Made by a program: the position numbers and the translations under genes. A stretch of DNA of 64,000 nt from a virus, in IMG/VR virus record IMGVR_UViG_3300025881_000006, positions 79,324 through 143,323 of that record; one strand, written 5' to 3'. Every line of letters starts with the position of its first letter. Positions within the stretch are counted from its first letter, which is position 1. A model generated the notes under the pieces. That model had not been told where the DNA came from and searched no databases. It was given only the letters and a program-made list of their open reading frames with translations. Positions 7,992 through 17,572 of the stretch are shown piece by piece.

Positions 7992-9872
7992 ATGGCTATA
8001 GATAAAGGTAACGATAAAGCAGCACCAAAAACTGCTATGGCAGATGCAATGACTGAAGCTACAGGTAACCAAAGTACGCAACAACGTGCTCAAAGTAACC
8101 AGCGTCAGACATCATCAGAGCGTCCATCCTTAAGTGGATTGAATGCGTTCTTGGCCAACCCTATATCGCGTAACAGTGCCGGTGAAGTAACTTCTGCTTA
8201 CTTGAATACGTTCAAGAAGTTGTTAGCGAACGAAAGCTCACCTGCTATTAAAACTATTAAAATTGATGCAATCAATGGAGATGCCAACTCCCTTGCCCTT
8301 TCTGCAATCGTTTTACAGTTACCAATCGATGGTATCGTCGCATGTTATACATTCATTGTAGAAGCATCTGGTGATAAGTTAGCTGACCGTGTTGTAACTA
8401 TCGGTCAAAATCAAGTAGGTATTGCAGTAACGTCGGGCGATGTTTACGATGACTACCTATGGAAGCAAGTAAATAACGTATTGAGTAATCAGTACGACAG
8501 CGCACGTCTAGTAGATGTAGGTGCATGTGTAATACCAGCCACTACCGTAGCTACAAACGAAACGGCAATACACGCACTTATGTACCATGCGGTTACTGCA
8601 TGTTGGACAACGTTAATGCGTATCACGCAAGCGTCAGTACCTACATTGTCAGTATCTGATATTAACACTCGTGACATCTTAGTTGCTAAGTTGATATACG
8701 CACCGGGCGATACTCAAACTGCTGCTGGTTCAGTTGTACGTTCTGATGTTGAAATTAACCTTAACGGTATTTTACAAACAGGCGATGCGACTTCTGCTAA
8801 ACAGCAAGTACGTCTATCATCTGTTGATGGTTTTGTAGACACAGTCTTCATTCCTAAAGCACCACATAACCCAGCGACCATGTATGGCCAGGCTCCAGAC
8901 CTTCGCCAGTATCAGCCACGTTTCGTAATGACTGATGTTGAATCTGGATTAGATGCAAACAACTTAGAACTACAATTGTTAGCCATCTCAACTACAATGT
9001 TGTTGACAATGCAGTCTGGTTGGACACATTGCTTTAAGCCTCAGTATGGTGGTAAAGGTACTGACCTTAAAGATATCGGTGCAGTTGGTTACGAAATCAA
9101 CTTCAACCCAACCGATCCTAATGCACCATTAGCCAAGATTAATACTAAGTCTGATAAGTTCTCTGAGTCTGATTTATACCAGCTGATTCAAACTACTTAC
9201 CATCCTGAACTAATCTTCTCTCTTGATATCGAAGAGTGTGGTGAGTTAACGTGGTTGCAAGAAACCTTCCTTGCAGCAGCAGTAGGTAACCCTAAAGCTT
9301 CTAATGCAATCATCAAGGCGTGTGATAACTTGACCAATGGTCAGTTCTCTAACATCTACCAAGGTGGTCGTCCATTAACAAATGAAGTTATCCGGGTTCA
9401 CTTGGGATACTACGAAGACGAGAAAGGTCAACAGCGTGACATCCGTGATTTGGATTACGTTGCTATACTTAACTTGTTTGGTGGTCGTGATATGGCTGTT
9501 GTTGAACAGTTCTCTAACACGTACGACCGTACAGATATCCCTGAAGAAATACGTTTGTCAGAGCGTGCTAACATCATCCGTAATGCCTTGGGTGAAACAG
9601 TACGCATCACTGGCTACGCTCGTCGTGTAACATTCGACCCTAAGTTCATGGAAGCATTATCTAGTGCTATCACAGCTGCCGGTCTTACAGTACGTCCTGA
9701 AGGTATCTTCAGTAACAATGCTGGTGTTGTACGTGGTAATCCAAACTCTGCCAATCTTGGTGTAGGTATGGGTGCAGCGGACGCATACTTCAAAACTGCG
9801 GGTAGTGGTTTCCAAGGTCATAGCCAAGGTAACTACGGTTCACGCATGGGTTCCAATTTCTGGAATAACTAG
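7992..9872 (+). CDS. chmA: chimallin, nuclear shell protein (phiKZ gp54-like)
   Basis: About 626 aa; chimallin-like segments YQPRFVMTDV, LQLLAIS, DIGAVGYE, VHLGYY; G/S/N-rich tail; lies directly upstream of nvRNAP beta-prime N. Confidence 0.88.
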   Translation: MAIDKGNDKAAPKTAMADAMTEATGNQSTQQRAQSNQRQTSSERPSLSGLNAFLANPISRNSAGEVTSAYLNTFKKLLANESSPAIKTIKIDAINGDANSLALSAIVLQLPIDGIVACYTFIVEASGDKLADRVVTIGQNQVGIAVTSGDVYDDYLWKQVNNVLSNQYDSARLVDVGACVIPATTVATNETAIHALMYHAVTACWTTLMRITQASVPTLSVSDINTRDILVAKLIYAPGDTQTAAGSVVRSDVEINLNGILQTGDATSAKQQVRLSSVDGFVDTVFIPKAPHNPATMYGQAPDLRQYQPRFVMTDVESGLDANNLELQLLAISTTMLLTMQSGWTHCFKPQYGGKGTDLKDIGAVGYEINFNPTDPNAPLAKINTKSDKFSESDLYQLIQTTYHPELIFSLDIEECGELTWLQETFLAAAVGNPKASNAIIKACDNLTNGQFSNIYQGGRPLTNEVIRVHLGYYEDEKGQQRDIRDLDYVAILNLFGGRDMAVVEQFSNTYDRTDIPEEIRLSERANIIRNALGETVRITGYARRVTFDPKFMEALSSAITAAGLTVRPEGIFSNNAGVVRGNPNSANLGVGMGAADAYFKTAGSGFQGHSQGNYGSRMGSNFWNN

Positions 9873-9897
9873 TTAGTACTGACGTAAAGTCATTTGA

Positions 9898-9929
9898 GAG
9901 GGGGTAACTCCCCTCTTTTTTTGTGCCGT
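9898..9929 (+). terminator. terminator with TGTGCCGT
   Basis: GAGGGGG-TAAC-TCCCCTC, T-run, motif variant at 9922. Confidence 0.8.
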
Positions 9930-9949
9930 CATGAGTTAAATATTTACAG

Positions 9950-9960
9950 ACCTACATCAT
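9950..9960 (+). promoter_or_regulatory. probable early promoter ACCTACATCAT
   Basis: Identical to the 7908 copy; upstream of an nvRNAP subunit. Confidence 0.7.
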
Positions 9961-10007
9961 TATTGTGTTAGATAACCCTTACAAATGATACTAATAAAGG
10001 AGTGAAC

Positions 10008-11462
10008 ATGGGACTACATTTAAAGGTAGTAAATCACGATGAAGTATTCCATTCATTACGTGAACCGCCCATTATTGTAAATGAAGTAGATGTACTTAGT
10101 ACTGATGCTAAAACTCGCTTTAATGAAATGATATCCACTAAATACGGAGGAGATAGCTTAAGCGTAGTACCCTCGTGTGATTGCGGTGAGGTATTAGGTG
10201 AGTACAATATCGGGAAGATGTGTCAAGGGTGCCACACTAAGGTTCAACACTCTACAGAAAGACACATTGAGTCCGGTGCATGGATTGAAGTACCTGAAGG
10301 GGTAAAGGGTTTAATCAATCCGGTTTTCTGGTTAATGTTCTCTAGTTATTTCAAAGCTTCAAGTTGTAACATGGTTGAGTGGCTGTGTAACCCTGCGTAT
10401 AAGAACGATAATCCTAACAACGCCCTGTTAAACAGATTAAAAGCGTATGGCTTTCCACGTGGCTTGAATAACTTCCATAATAACTTTGACGCTATCATGG
10501 AAGCATTGTTTAAGATATTCAATATTAATCGTAATACGTCATTACAACATCTTAAGACCATGATTGAAATGCATCGCGATGCGGTGTTCTGTCGATACCT
10601 ACCTATTCCTAGTAAGATATGTTTCATTACTGAGAAGACGGTAACGGGTACATTTGCTGACCCTACGATGGCATTAGCATTAGATGCTATTAGAACTATC
10701 TCGATGATTAAGACGTTACGCACAATGACACTCAAGCGCCGTGAGTTACGAGCACTTAAGTGTTGTATGCAGTTGGCTGAGTATTACGATGAAACGTTTA
10801 AGAGCGGTCTAGCTTCTAAAGAAGGTTGGTTTCGTAAACATACGTTCGGTGGTAGATTACACTTTACCTTCCGTGCGGTTATTACATCACTGTCTGATAA
10901 TCACGATTACGATGAGATACATCTCCCGTGGTCTTTGTCAGTGGGTGCATTTAAAACCATGCTTACTAACAAGTTACTTAACTTAGACTATACGCCTAAG
11001 GGAGCTGCTGCTTTATTACAAGAGCATACAAACAAATATCATCCGTTAATCGATGACTTGTTTAAGGAACTGATAGCTGAATCGCCTAGAGTGAAAGATG
11101 TTATCCCTGATGCTCCTGTAAAGGACGATACTCACGGTATCCTTATCATACTACAACGTAACCCCACATTGGCTCGTGGTAGTGCTCAAGCATTGCGTGT
11201 TACTAAGATTAAGACAGACGTAGAGGTTAAAACAATCTCAATGTCAGTAAACATCTTAGCTGCTCCCAACGCTGACTTTGATGGTGATACACTTAATGGT
11301 GTTATCATTCTGGATAAGAAGATGTATAAAGATGTCTACATGTTATCTCCTCACTATGGTGTACTGTCTTTACAGAAACCATTACAGGTAGGTAGTAATG
11401 TAGGTATGGCCAAGCCCGTTATCAGTACGATTGATAATTGGTTAATGGAAGGAAGAGCATAA
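10008..11462 (+). CDS. non-virion RNA polymerase beta-prime N-terminal subunit (phiKZ gp55-like), uninterrupted
   Basis: Zn ribbon CDC...CQGC, QRNPTL, catalytic NADFDGD; AAGGAG SD. Confidence 0.93.
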   Translation: MGLHLKVVNHDEVFHSLREPPIIVNEVDVLSTDAKTRFNEMISTKYGGDSLSVVPSCDCGEVLGEYNIGKMCQGCHTKVQHSTERHIESGAWIEVPEGVKGLINPVFWLMFSSYFKASSCNMVEWLCNPAYKNDNPNNALLNRLKAYGFPRGLNNFHNNFDAIMEALFKIFNINRNTSLQHLKTMIEMHRDAVFCRYLPIPSKICFITEKTVTGTFADPTMALALDAIRTISMIKTLRTMTLKRRELRALKCCMQLAEYYDETFKSGLASKEGWFRKHTFGGRLHFTFRAVITSLSDNHDYDEIHLPWSLSVGAFKTMLTNKLLNLDYTPKGAAALLQEHTNKYHPLIDDLFKELIAESPRVKDVIPDAPVKDDTHGILIILQRNPTLARGSAQALRVTKIKTDVEVKTISMSVNILAAPNADFDGDTLNGVIILDKKMYKDVYMLSPHYGVLSLQKPLQVGSNVGMAKPVISTIDNWLMEGRA

Positions 11463-11465
11463 AGT

Positions 11466-11504
11466 AGTGACGACCCATTACGGGTCGTCACTTATACTTT
11501 TTTT
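11466..11504 (+). terminator. intrinsic terminator
   Basis: AGTGACGACCC/GGGTCGTCACT 11-bp stem plus T-run. Confidence 0.8.
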
Positions 11505-11519
11505 GTAATGAGGTGTGAT

Positions 11520-11936
11520 ATGAAGTTAGCTAAAGTACAATGTATACCGGTATTACCAGACGAGGACTATCGTAAGGTAAGGCAGCGTGTGTGGTCAAAA
11601 GTTGCCAAGGATACATTCCTTCCTGACGGCATTAAGGTACTAATCGTTACAGATAGATCGTGTGATGATGAATATCTTAATAGTAAACAACGTGACTTTG
11701 ATTGCACAGAGGTAAGGATACAACCTGAAGACCCTACCCCTCTTGTTGATAGTAGTCAGATTCTAAACGGTTATGATGTTGACCCTAGTCAGTTTAAGGT
11801 AGTCATTATACATACCCCTAAGATAATTACACCTACTGCTGTAAATGAGTTGCGTAAGTATGTAACTGGTATTGGTGGTACGGTTTATCTTACGTCAGAT
11901 AGCATCGATATGGATTTAATTGTTGAATGGGATTAG
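11520..11936 (+). CDS. hypothetical protein
   Basis: GAGGTG SD before ATG 11520. Confidence 0.7.
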   Translation: MKLAKVQCIPVLPDEDYRKVRQRVWSKVAKDTFLPDGIKVLIVTDRSCDDEYLNSKQRDFDCTEVRIQPEDPTPLVDSSQILNGYDVDPSQFKVVIIHTPKIITPTAVNELRKYVTGIGGTVYLTSDSIDMDLIVEWD

Positions 11937-12340
11937 ATATGAAAGATGTATTTGAAGGTAGTGATGAAGGGGTAGCTAAAGCTATTAACTGGCTGAAGTA
12001 TATAGGGGTTGATAAAGACCCTGAAGGTAAGTTAGATATAGTACACGATGTATGTGCACTTGCTCTAGCTAATCGTTTAGCTATACCTGAATTACGAGAT
12101 ACGGCGGTTAAGTGTGAATCTATGGCGGATTATAATATTGTCATGTCGTTATACTTTCGTGCTGGCTGTGGTCGATGGCCTTGGCATAAAGGATATAAAG
12201 ACCCTGAATCAGATGAGCACGAGTGTCCTTATTATGGTTGGGAACATGCTGGATTTATGAAACACATCATCTGTGCACCTGCTAATGTGATAACACTAAA
12301 GCAGTTAATGGATACGGTATCTAAACACCTTCCGGAGTAA
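11927..12340 (+). CDS. hypothetical protein
   Basis: 137-aa ORF in a tightly packed operon. Confidence 0.65.
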   Translation: MGLDMKDVFEGSDEGVAKAINWLKYIGVDKDPEGKLDIVHDVCALALANRLAIPELRDTAVKCESMADYNIVMSLYFRAGCGRWPWHKGYKDPESDEHECPYYGWEHAGFMKHIICAPANVITLKQLMDTVSKHLPE

Positions 12341-12342
12341 TT

Positions 12343-12669
12343 ATGACTATATTTCAATGTAACCGATGCGGCTGTGCGGAAGACGTGGCGTTTGGCTTTA
12401 TAGCTAAAAGTCCCCAAGGGCCCAGGGCATTTGTTAATTATACTTCTGGCACCCATGTATGTTCTGTATGTGCACCTACATGTAGGGTTAATGGTGAACT
12501 TACACATATGCACGATGGCACTTGGCATGGTATGTTTCCTAGAATATTCCTACCACACGGAATGTTCATTACTAATGGTCAAGGTATGGTAGAACATATC
12601 GAAACTGGTATTTCTGGAAATGAAGCGTATAAACTTTACGGTAAGTCCGAAGAATATCCTAATTACTAA
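12343..12669 (+). CDS. CxxC zinc-binding protein, tandem paralog A
   Basis: IFQCNRCGCAE...CSVCAP...WHG...FLP...VEHIETG. Confidence 0.75.
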   Translation: MTIFQCNRCGCAEDVAFGFIAKSPQGPRAFVNYTSGTHVCSVCAPTCRVNGELTHMHDGTWHGMFPRIFLPHGMFITNGQGMVEHIETGISGNEAYKLYGKSEEYPNY

Positions 12670-12694
12670 ATTTACAAATAAGGATTTAATACAC

Positions 12695-13021
12695 ATGGCT
12701 ATATTTCAATGTCAACGATGTGGCTGTGCTGAAAATACCGGCACTGGTTGGTTTCATTCTGCCCATAGGAATGAAAAGTGGTTTGATGGTTATGCTAAGG
12801 ATGAGAAGGTATGTTCAGCCTGTGCCCCTACCCATTACAAAGATGGTAGCCCTGTTAAAAAGTTTAATGGTGAATGGCATGGTAGTTTTAAACGTACATT
12901 CCTACCTCATGACATGTTCTTTACTAATGACCATGGTACGGTAGAACATATCGAAACTGGTATAATGGGTAACGGTGCATACGAGTACTATGGGCGTGCT
13001 GAAGAGTATCCAAAAGAATAA
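12695..13021 (+). CDS. CxxC zinc-binding protein, tandem paralog B
   Basis: Start MAIFQCQRCGCAE after AAGGA; same length and motifs as paralog A. Confidence 0.75.
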   Translation: MAIFQCQRCGCAENTGTGWFHSAHRNEKWFDGYAKDEKVCSACAPTHYKDGSPVKKFNGEWHGSFKRTFLPHDMFFTNDHGTVEHIETGIMGNGAYEYYGRAEEYPKE

Positions 13022-13047
13022 AACTATATTAATCCTTAACCCTAGGA

Positions 13048-13275
13048 ATGTTCATGCCGAAATATAATAACTACCATGACGCTGTTGTCGACCTTAAACT
13101 ATTCGACCATAAGACCAGTGGTGATATATTAAAACTCTCTGACCATAACGGTTGGACTATTGCACACGAATTAGCTTCTCAGGGTATATTATTTACTAAA
13201 CGTAAGGATATACTTTCATTAGAAAACACAGCTGGTTTATCGGTTAACGATGTATCTGAATTTGATGAAAAGTAA
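13048..13275 (+). CDS. small ankyrin-like repeat protein
   Basis: DHNGWTIAHELASQG followed by ENTAGLSVND. Confidence 0.6.
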   Translation: MFMPKYNNYHDAVVDLKLFDHKTSGDILKLSDHNGWTIAHELASQGILFTKRKDILSLENTAGLSVNDVSEFDEK

Positions 13276-13332
13276 ATGAATAAAGAACTATGTACACGTG
13301 GTTCTTTTTTTGTTATAAAGGAGTAGCTCCAG

Positions 13333-13716
13333 ATGGCTTTATCTCTAAACGTCCCTGTTGTAATGGGTATATATCTCACGCACAGGTTACCTAAAGTCAA
13401 ACTTAGGTTTAATGGGGAGTATACTGATAGTTTAACCCTACATGTAGGCATTCGTTCTCAGTCTACTGTAGTGGAATTAGTTAATGAAATCTATTCTACT
13501 TTAAATACCGTTGGGGCTGTTATCTCTAAGAAAGAAGCTGACTTACGTCAATCTGGACTAGATATTAGTGCAGCAATACTACGTGACCTTACTAACTATG
13601 TAGAGGCGTGCATGGAATGTATCGACGGTATAAACCCTTCGTCAGAACCGTTTGATTCCTTATTAGGTAGGTTCCACATCACACTTAAGAACATAAATGA
13701 AGAGGAGGATGAGTAA
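13333..13716 (+). CDS. hypothetical protein
   Basis: AAGGAG SD; 127 aa. Confidence 0.7.
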   Translation: MALSLNVPVVMGIYLTHRLPKVKLRFNGEYTDSLTLHVGIRSQSTVVELVNEIYSTLNTVGAVISKKEADLRQSGLDISAAILRDLTNYVEACMECIDGINPSSEPFDSLLGRFHITLKNINEEEDE

Positions 13717-14135
13717 TGGTTGAAGGTGATATTACAGTAAGTAACAATGATGGTATAATATCCATCCTTGATGGTGACCCTAACAAGGTTAGTACAGTCC
13801 ATACCCATAGCGTCCCTATTGGCATACCAGAAGGTTTACATCCAGACACTGCCGATACAGTACTATTTGGAATGGTTAAAGTGTTAAACAAATTAACATT
13901 AGCACAGAAAAAGCACGGTCTAGATAGAGGGTGGCGATATCCGCCTAGTACTACTACGCTAGACGAGAGAGGTGATGGTAGGTATTTCAATACACCTGAG
14001 CAATGCGTAACTGCATTAATATCACACCTAAAGAAAGGCGATACTACTGATGCTATCGCTTACCTAATATACCTACAGTCCCTTTGTGGGGAAAGTAAGG
14101 TATCCGAATTAATAACCGCATTTAAAGAGATATAA
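13716..14135 (+). CDS. hypothetical phage protein, possible MazG-like all-alpha domain
   Basis: KLTLAQKKHG..GW...HLKKGDTTDAIAY resembles the phage KGD..D.A.Y helical family. Confidence 0.45.
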   Translation: MVEGDITVSNNDGIISILDGDPNKVSTVHTHSVPIGIPEGLHPDTADTVLFGMVKVLNKLTLAQKKHGLDRGWRYPPSTTTLDERGDGRYFNTPEQCVTALISHLKKGDTTDAIAYLIYLQSLCGESKVSELITAFKEI

Positions 14136-14139
14136 GAAG

Positions 14140-14247
14140 ATGAAGCACCTAAGACAGATAACCGTTAAACAAATTGGTATTGCAGTTAATGTAATAGGTG
14201 TACTATTCCTGATTGGTATAATGGCGTATGTTTATAATAGTTACTAG
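14140..14247 (+). CDS. 35-aa single-pass membrane peptide (not in ORF track)
   Basis: MKHLRQITVKQIGIAVNVIGVLFLIGIMAYVYNSY read directly; fills the gap between genes. Confidence 0.55.
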   Translation: MKHLRQITVKQIGIAVNVIGVLFLIGIMAYVYNSY

Positions 14248-14304
14248 TGATTCCGTCTAATTTTATGTAACTGTAATCACAAACCGTCTATCAGGAGTTA
14301 GAAA

Positions 14305-15132
14305 ATGAAACATCAGGGTACCAAAGAGCTATCTTTATCTGCTAGAATGATAGCATTGGAGTCTCGTACCTCCGCTAAGAGTGGAAGTAGTATGAATTTC
14401 TCCCGCATCCCCGCCTTTTTAGATACTGTCGTGAGTACTGTTAAGGGTGCCTTGGGATTTCAAGAAAAGTCTTCAGCAAAGAGCCAACCTATGAGTAATA
14501 GTTTTACCAAGTTATTAGGTAAATCTAATTATGTTGATCTTGCCGATGTGCACATTTTTAGACCTACAGGTATGAAAGGAACGTATAGTGATTACCTAGA
14601 CATGCTAGACTACTTCCAAGCTCGCATACTAGATATAGAAAAACGCGTCCTGTTACCTGCTAGTCAGTTAATTACGGCATTAGTATCTGAACCTTCCAGA
14701 TTATCTAAAGACGTACGTATCAACGTTAAACATGCTGATATAGACGACTTAAGACAACGTATGGCTAAGAGCATTGATGTATCTGATGAAGCCGATATGG
14801 TCCGTTACGCTGATGCTATTAAGCGTAATAGCGATTGGGGTTCTATAGTGAAACGTCTTGATGATATTGCAGCTGATTATAATGCAGTAGGTGTTAAAAA
14901 CATACTACTACGTATCAGTAACATATCCGAAGCGTCTCGTATATTGATTGAAACAATGCAATCTTCACCTGATACCCATGCGGTAAATGGTAATGCTATT
15001 GCTGACATTGTGGAGTTATTACACAATGCTGCATTAGAAGTGGAAATGTTTGCAGCACACGGTTACAATATTCGTACTATGCAGTCGGCGTTAGCTGATA
15101 GTTACGATAAGCTAAAAGAAGTCATTTCCTAA
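14305..15132 (+). CDS. hypothetical protein, probable protease-processed head protein
   Basis: AGGAG SD; TATG at 14264; N-terminal ALE-S matches the S/A/G-X-E prohead protease site. Confidence 0.6.
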   Translation: MKHQGTKELSLSARMIALESRTSAKSGSSMNFSRIPAFLDTVVSTVKGALGFQEKSSAKSQPMSNSFTKLLGKSNYVDLADVHIFRPTGMKGTYSDYLDMLDYFQARILDIEKRVLLPASQLITALVSEPSRLSKDVRINVKHADIDDLRQRMAKSIDVSDEADMVRYADAIKRNSDWGSIVKRLDDIAADYNAVGVKNILLRISNISEASRILIETMQSSPDTHAVNGNAIADIVELLHNAALEVEMFAAHGYNIRTMQSALADSYDKLKEVIS

Positions 15133-15165
15133 GAAGTGGCTTTTAATTATGGACAGGAGTGATTA

Positions 15166-15504
15166 GTGTTATTTTCAAGAAAGAGTTACATAATCACCAT
15201 TGATAAGAATGTACTTGAAGTTTTTCTTGGTGTACTTACTGGCATGGGTCGCGGTTCTTTTAAAACCGTATTAATACATGCTAAGAAAAAAAGTACATTA
15301 AAGGTAGAAGAACTTCAGGGGATTCCTAACATTACTATAGATGGTGTGATTGTCGATGTCCCCGGCTTAAAGGGCGTACTTGCTAATATTGATAGTAATC
15401 CCGATACTGAGAAAGGTATCGTTAGAGTAAAGTCTGGTCATTATGCATACCGCTACAAGCCTGACCTTAATCAAATTATCATCAATGCAAATAACAACTC
15501 TTAG
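15166..15504 (+). CDS. hypothetical protein
   Basis: AGGAG SD, GTG start. Confidence 0.65.
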   Translation: MLFSRKSYIITIDKNVLEVFLGVLTGMGRGSFKTVLIHAKKKSTLKVEELQGIPNITIDGVIVDVPGLKGVLANIDSNPDTEKGIVRVKSGHYAYRYKPDLNQIIINANNNS

Positions 15505-15674
15505 CCAGCCCTAGGAATATTTTAATACACGTCTTGACATATACTATAATCAAACACTATAGTCCCTATTCAAGACGCTTTTCATTCTCTATGCGCATTA
15601 TGCGTTTAAGAAATGACCATGTTTGATAACAGCAAGAATGTTATATGAATCACCGTAGACCGCATACCACTTAA

Positions 15675-15740
15675 CAGACTAGAGGCCCAGCAATTGCGGG
15701 TACTCTAGTCTGCGTAACTAATAAACAGTGCTTATGCCGT
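15675..15740 (+). terminator. long hairpin followed by TATGCCGT
   Basis: CAGACTAGAG...CTCTAGTCTG stem; motif at 15733. Confidence 0.7.
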
Positions 15741-15848
15741 CATCAATTTAACTAACATACTTAATATAGGTAACCATGATATTAACTAACTTACCCGGTA
15801 TCTTTCCCTTGATAGTCTAGTCTCGAATCTTATTGCACATAAGTACAG

Positions 15849-15859
15849 ACCTACATTAT
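15849..15859 (+). promoter_or_regulatory. probable early promoter ACCTACATTAT
   Basis: Match to the repeated motif. Confidence 0.65.
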
Positions 15860-15904
15860 CATTGCGTTAAGTATACCCTTACGCTAACAATAATGAGGTG
15901 CAAC

Positions 15905-16381
15905 ATGCAATACATCAACAAAGTCGATGCTATTACTTCCGACGAGAAAGTCAACGCCTTACTAGGCGACTTTCTAACTAAACAAACTAATAAACATAAA
16001 CCTCAGCTGGATATCGCTGGGTTTAATAGTCAACTACTGGCATCCAGTAAGAAACAAGAAGTTGTTGTTATCTGCAAAGACCAGTATGTGGCACAAGACC
16101 TTTACAAAACTTTCAAAGGAGTAAAGGGTGTGTTTACTACTAATGAACCGCTGTGTTTAACTGATGCATTGGGAGACTTGAATAAAGTCTTAGGTTGTAA
16201 CGGCCAGTACACTTTCCGTGCTATACGTTACAACTCTGATGTAGATAACCAGTCAGTGCTTGATGAAGCATTAGAAGATGTTGCCCTTAGAGCAAACAGT
16301 TCTAATGTACAAGTCATAACCAGTGACTTCTTGAAAACTTTATCTACTGAGGATAAAGAGTTTCTATTTGGTACATTCTAA
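15905..16381 (+). CDS. hypothetical protein
   Basis: GAGGTG SD before ATG 15905. Confidence 0.7.
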   Translation: MQYINKVDAITSDEKVNALLGDFLTKQTNKHKPQLDIAGFNSQLLASSKKQEVVVICKDQYVAQDLYKTFKGVKGVFTTNEPLCLTDALGDLNKVLGCNGQYTFRAIRYNSDVDNQSVLDEALEDVALRANSSNVQVITSDFLKTLSTEDKEFLFGTF

Positions 16382-16384
16382 AGT

Positions 16385-16417
16385 AGAGGGGCCTAGCGGT
16401 CCCTCTCTTTATGCCGT
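16385..16417 (+). terminator. terminator with TATGCCGT
   Basis: AGAGGG...CCCTCT stem; motif at 16410. Confidence 0.8.
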
Positions 16418-16494
16418 TGGTGGCGGTATCTCAGAAATTACACCCAAGGAACATTTATGAATAAAAGAAACCCTTACAAAACAGGAGACGTTAT

Positions 16495-17109
16495 ATGGCT
16501 ACGGTAGTATATGGTGGTGATGCTGAATTTAATGCATTAGCATATGGTGAAAAGCACCCCAACCTAGTACAATTTCTTACCAACCAAGTAGCATCATTTT
16601 CACAGAACTTGAATGACCAAGGTCGGTACTTGTACGATAGAGCCGAAGCTGCGTTCCAAGCTATCCATAATTCCGATGCCGTTAGACTAGCTCGTGCGGT
16701 ACGTAGGAAAGCACAGAACATTTGGGACGATGGGAATATCAAGCCGTTGACGGATATTGGTCAGTTGCAAAATGCACAGTTAAAAATGCAACGTTGGATA
16801 ATGGCTGAACCAAAGGTGAGACGTTCATATCACGAACAAAGATGTGATGGTTACTCAGATAGTTATATAGATACTAACCCTAACAGCATAGGGGAATCTC
16901 ATTATGACTACCGAAGAGTGATGGATGGTATGCTGACAACTAACAAAGAAGGTCGTGACGTTATTACTAACTATGTCGATGTTATCTGCGATGGTGATAA
17001 TCTATCCATCGAGGAACAAGTAGATATACTAGTGACATGGCAATCAGTTAAAGAGCATATGAATCGCAAGAAGGATGACCCAACTAGTCCTTTCAACGCA
17101 AGTCTTTAA
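16495..17109 (+). CDS. conserved phiKZ-like core hypothetical protein
   Basis: AGGAG SD; QRWIMAEP..R...GYSDSY...YRRVMDG...DDPTSP pattern; first gene of the block leading to SbcD. Confidence 0.7.
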   Translation: MATVVYGGDAEFNALAYGEKHPNLVQFLTNQVASFSQNLNDQGRYLYDRAEAAFQAIHNSDAVRLARAVRRKAQNIWDDGNIKPLTDIGQLQNAQLKMQRWIMAEPKVRRSYHEQRCDGYSDSYIDTNPNSIGESHYDYRRVMDGMLTTNKEGRDVITNYVDVICDGDNLSIEEQVDILVTWQSVKEHMNRKKDDPTSPFNASL

Positions 17110-17117
17110 TCTAAAGT

Positions 17118-17146
17118 AGGGGTATGTTCAATACCCTTATTTTTTT
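17118..17146 (+). terminator. intrinsic terminator
   Basis: GGGTAT/ATACCC stem plus T-run. Confidence 0.6.
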
Positions 17147-17164
17147 AATCCACTAAGGATACTT

Positions 17165-17572
17165 ATGACTATTGCAGTCCCTACCCTAACAACGGATGGG
17201 TTCGTACAAAATATCGGACCATTAGCAGATAGATTATTGAGTTACTTTTTAGTAAGTGAGTATTCTCAATCTAATATCTATTACGGTAAAATATCCTCAC
17301 TGGCTTACTTGGTTTATAAGTACGGTAGTGACCCACAGCAAATGAATATTGAAATACAACGTACTTTGCAAACTTACCTTGACCGTCATTTTGATAGCGT
17401 TACTATTAGAGTCACTATTGAAGATGACCCAGAAAATCCTGATAGTGGTCAATATGGTCTACGTTTAGATATTCAGGTTTCTAAGGATGGAGAACGTTAT
17501 TCTCTTGGTAAAGAAGTAAGTGTTATTAATTCTAAACTTGTTTCGTTAATGGATACTTTAAACAATGGCTAA
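17165..17572 (+). CDS. conserved protein, possibly T4 gp25-like sheath initiator fold
   Basis: 135 aa; helix followed by VTIRVT...LRLDIQV strands; fold is inferred only. Confidence 0.45.
   Translation: MTIAVPTLTTDGFVQNIGPLADRLLSYFLVSEYSQSNIYYGKISSLAYLVYKYGSDPQQMNIEIQRTLQTYLDRHFDSVTIRVTIEDDPENPDSGQYGLRLDIQVSKDGERYSLGKEVSVINSKLVSLMDTLNNG

Noticed and set aside
10008-11462. Possible group I intron or homing endonuclease in nvRNAP genes, as in phiKZ
   Set aside because: NADFDGD and the whole ORF are continuous, and the beta subunit at 26279-28351 is also uninterrupted.
15534-15550. TTGACA and TATAAT sigma70-like hexamers
   Set aside because: The spacer is only 5 nt rather than about 17, so this is not a sigma70 promoter.
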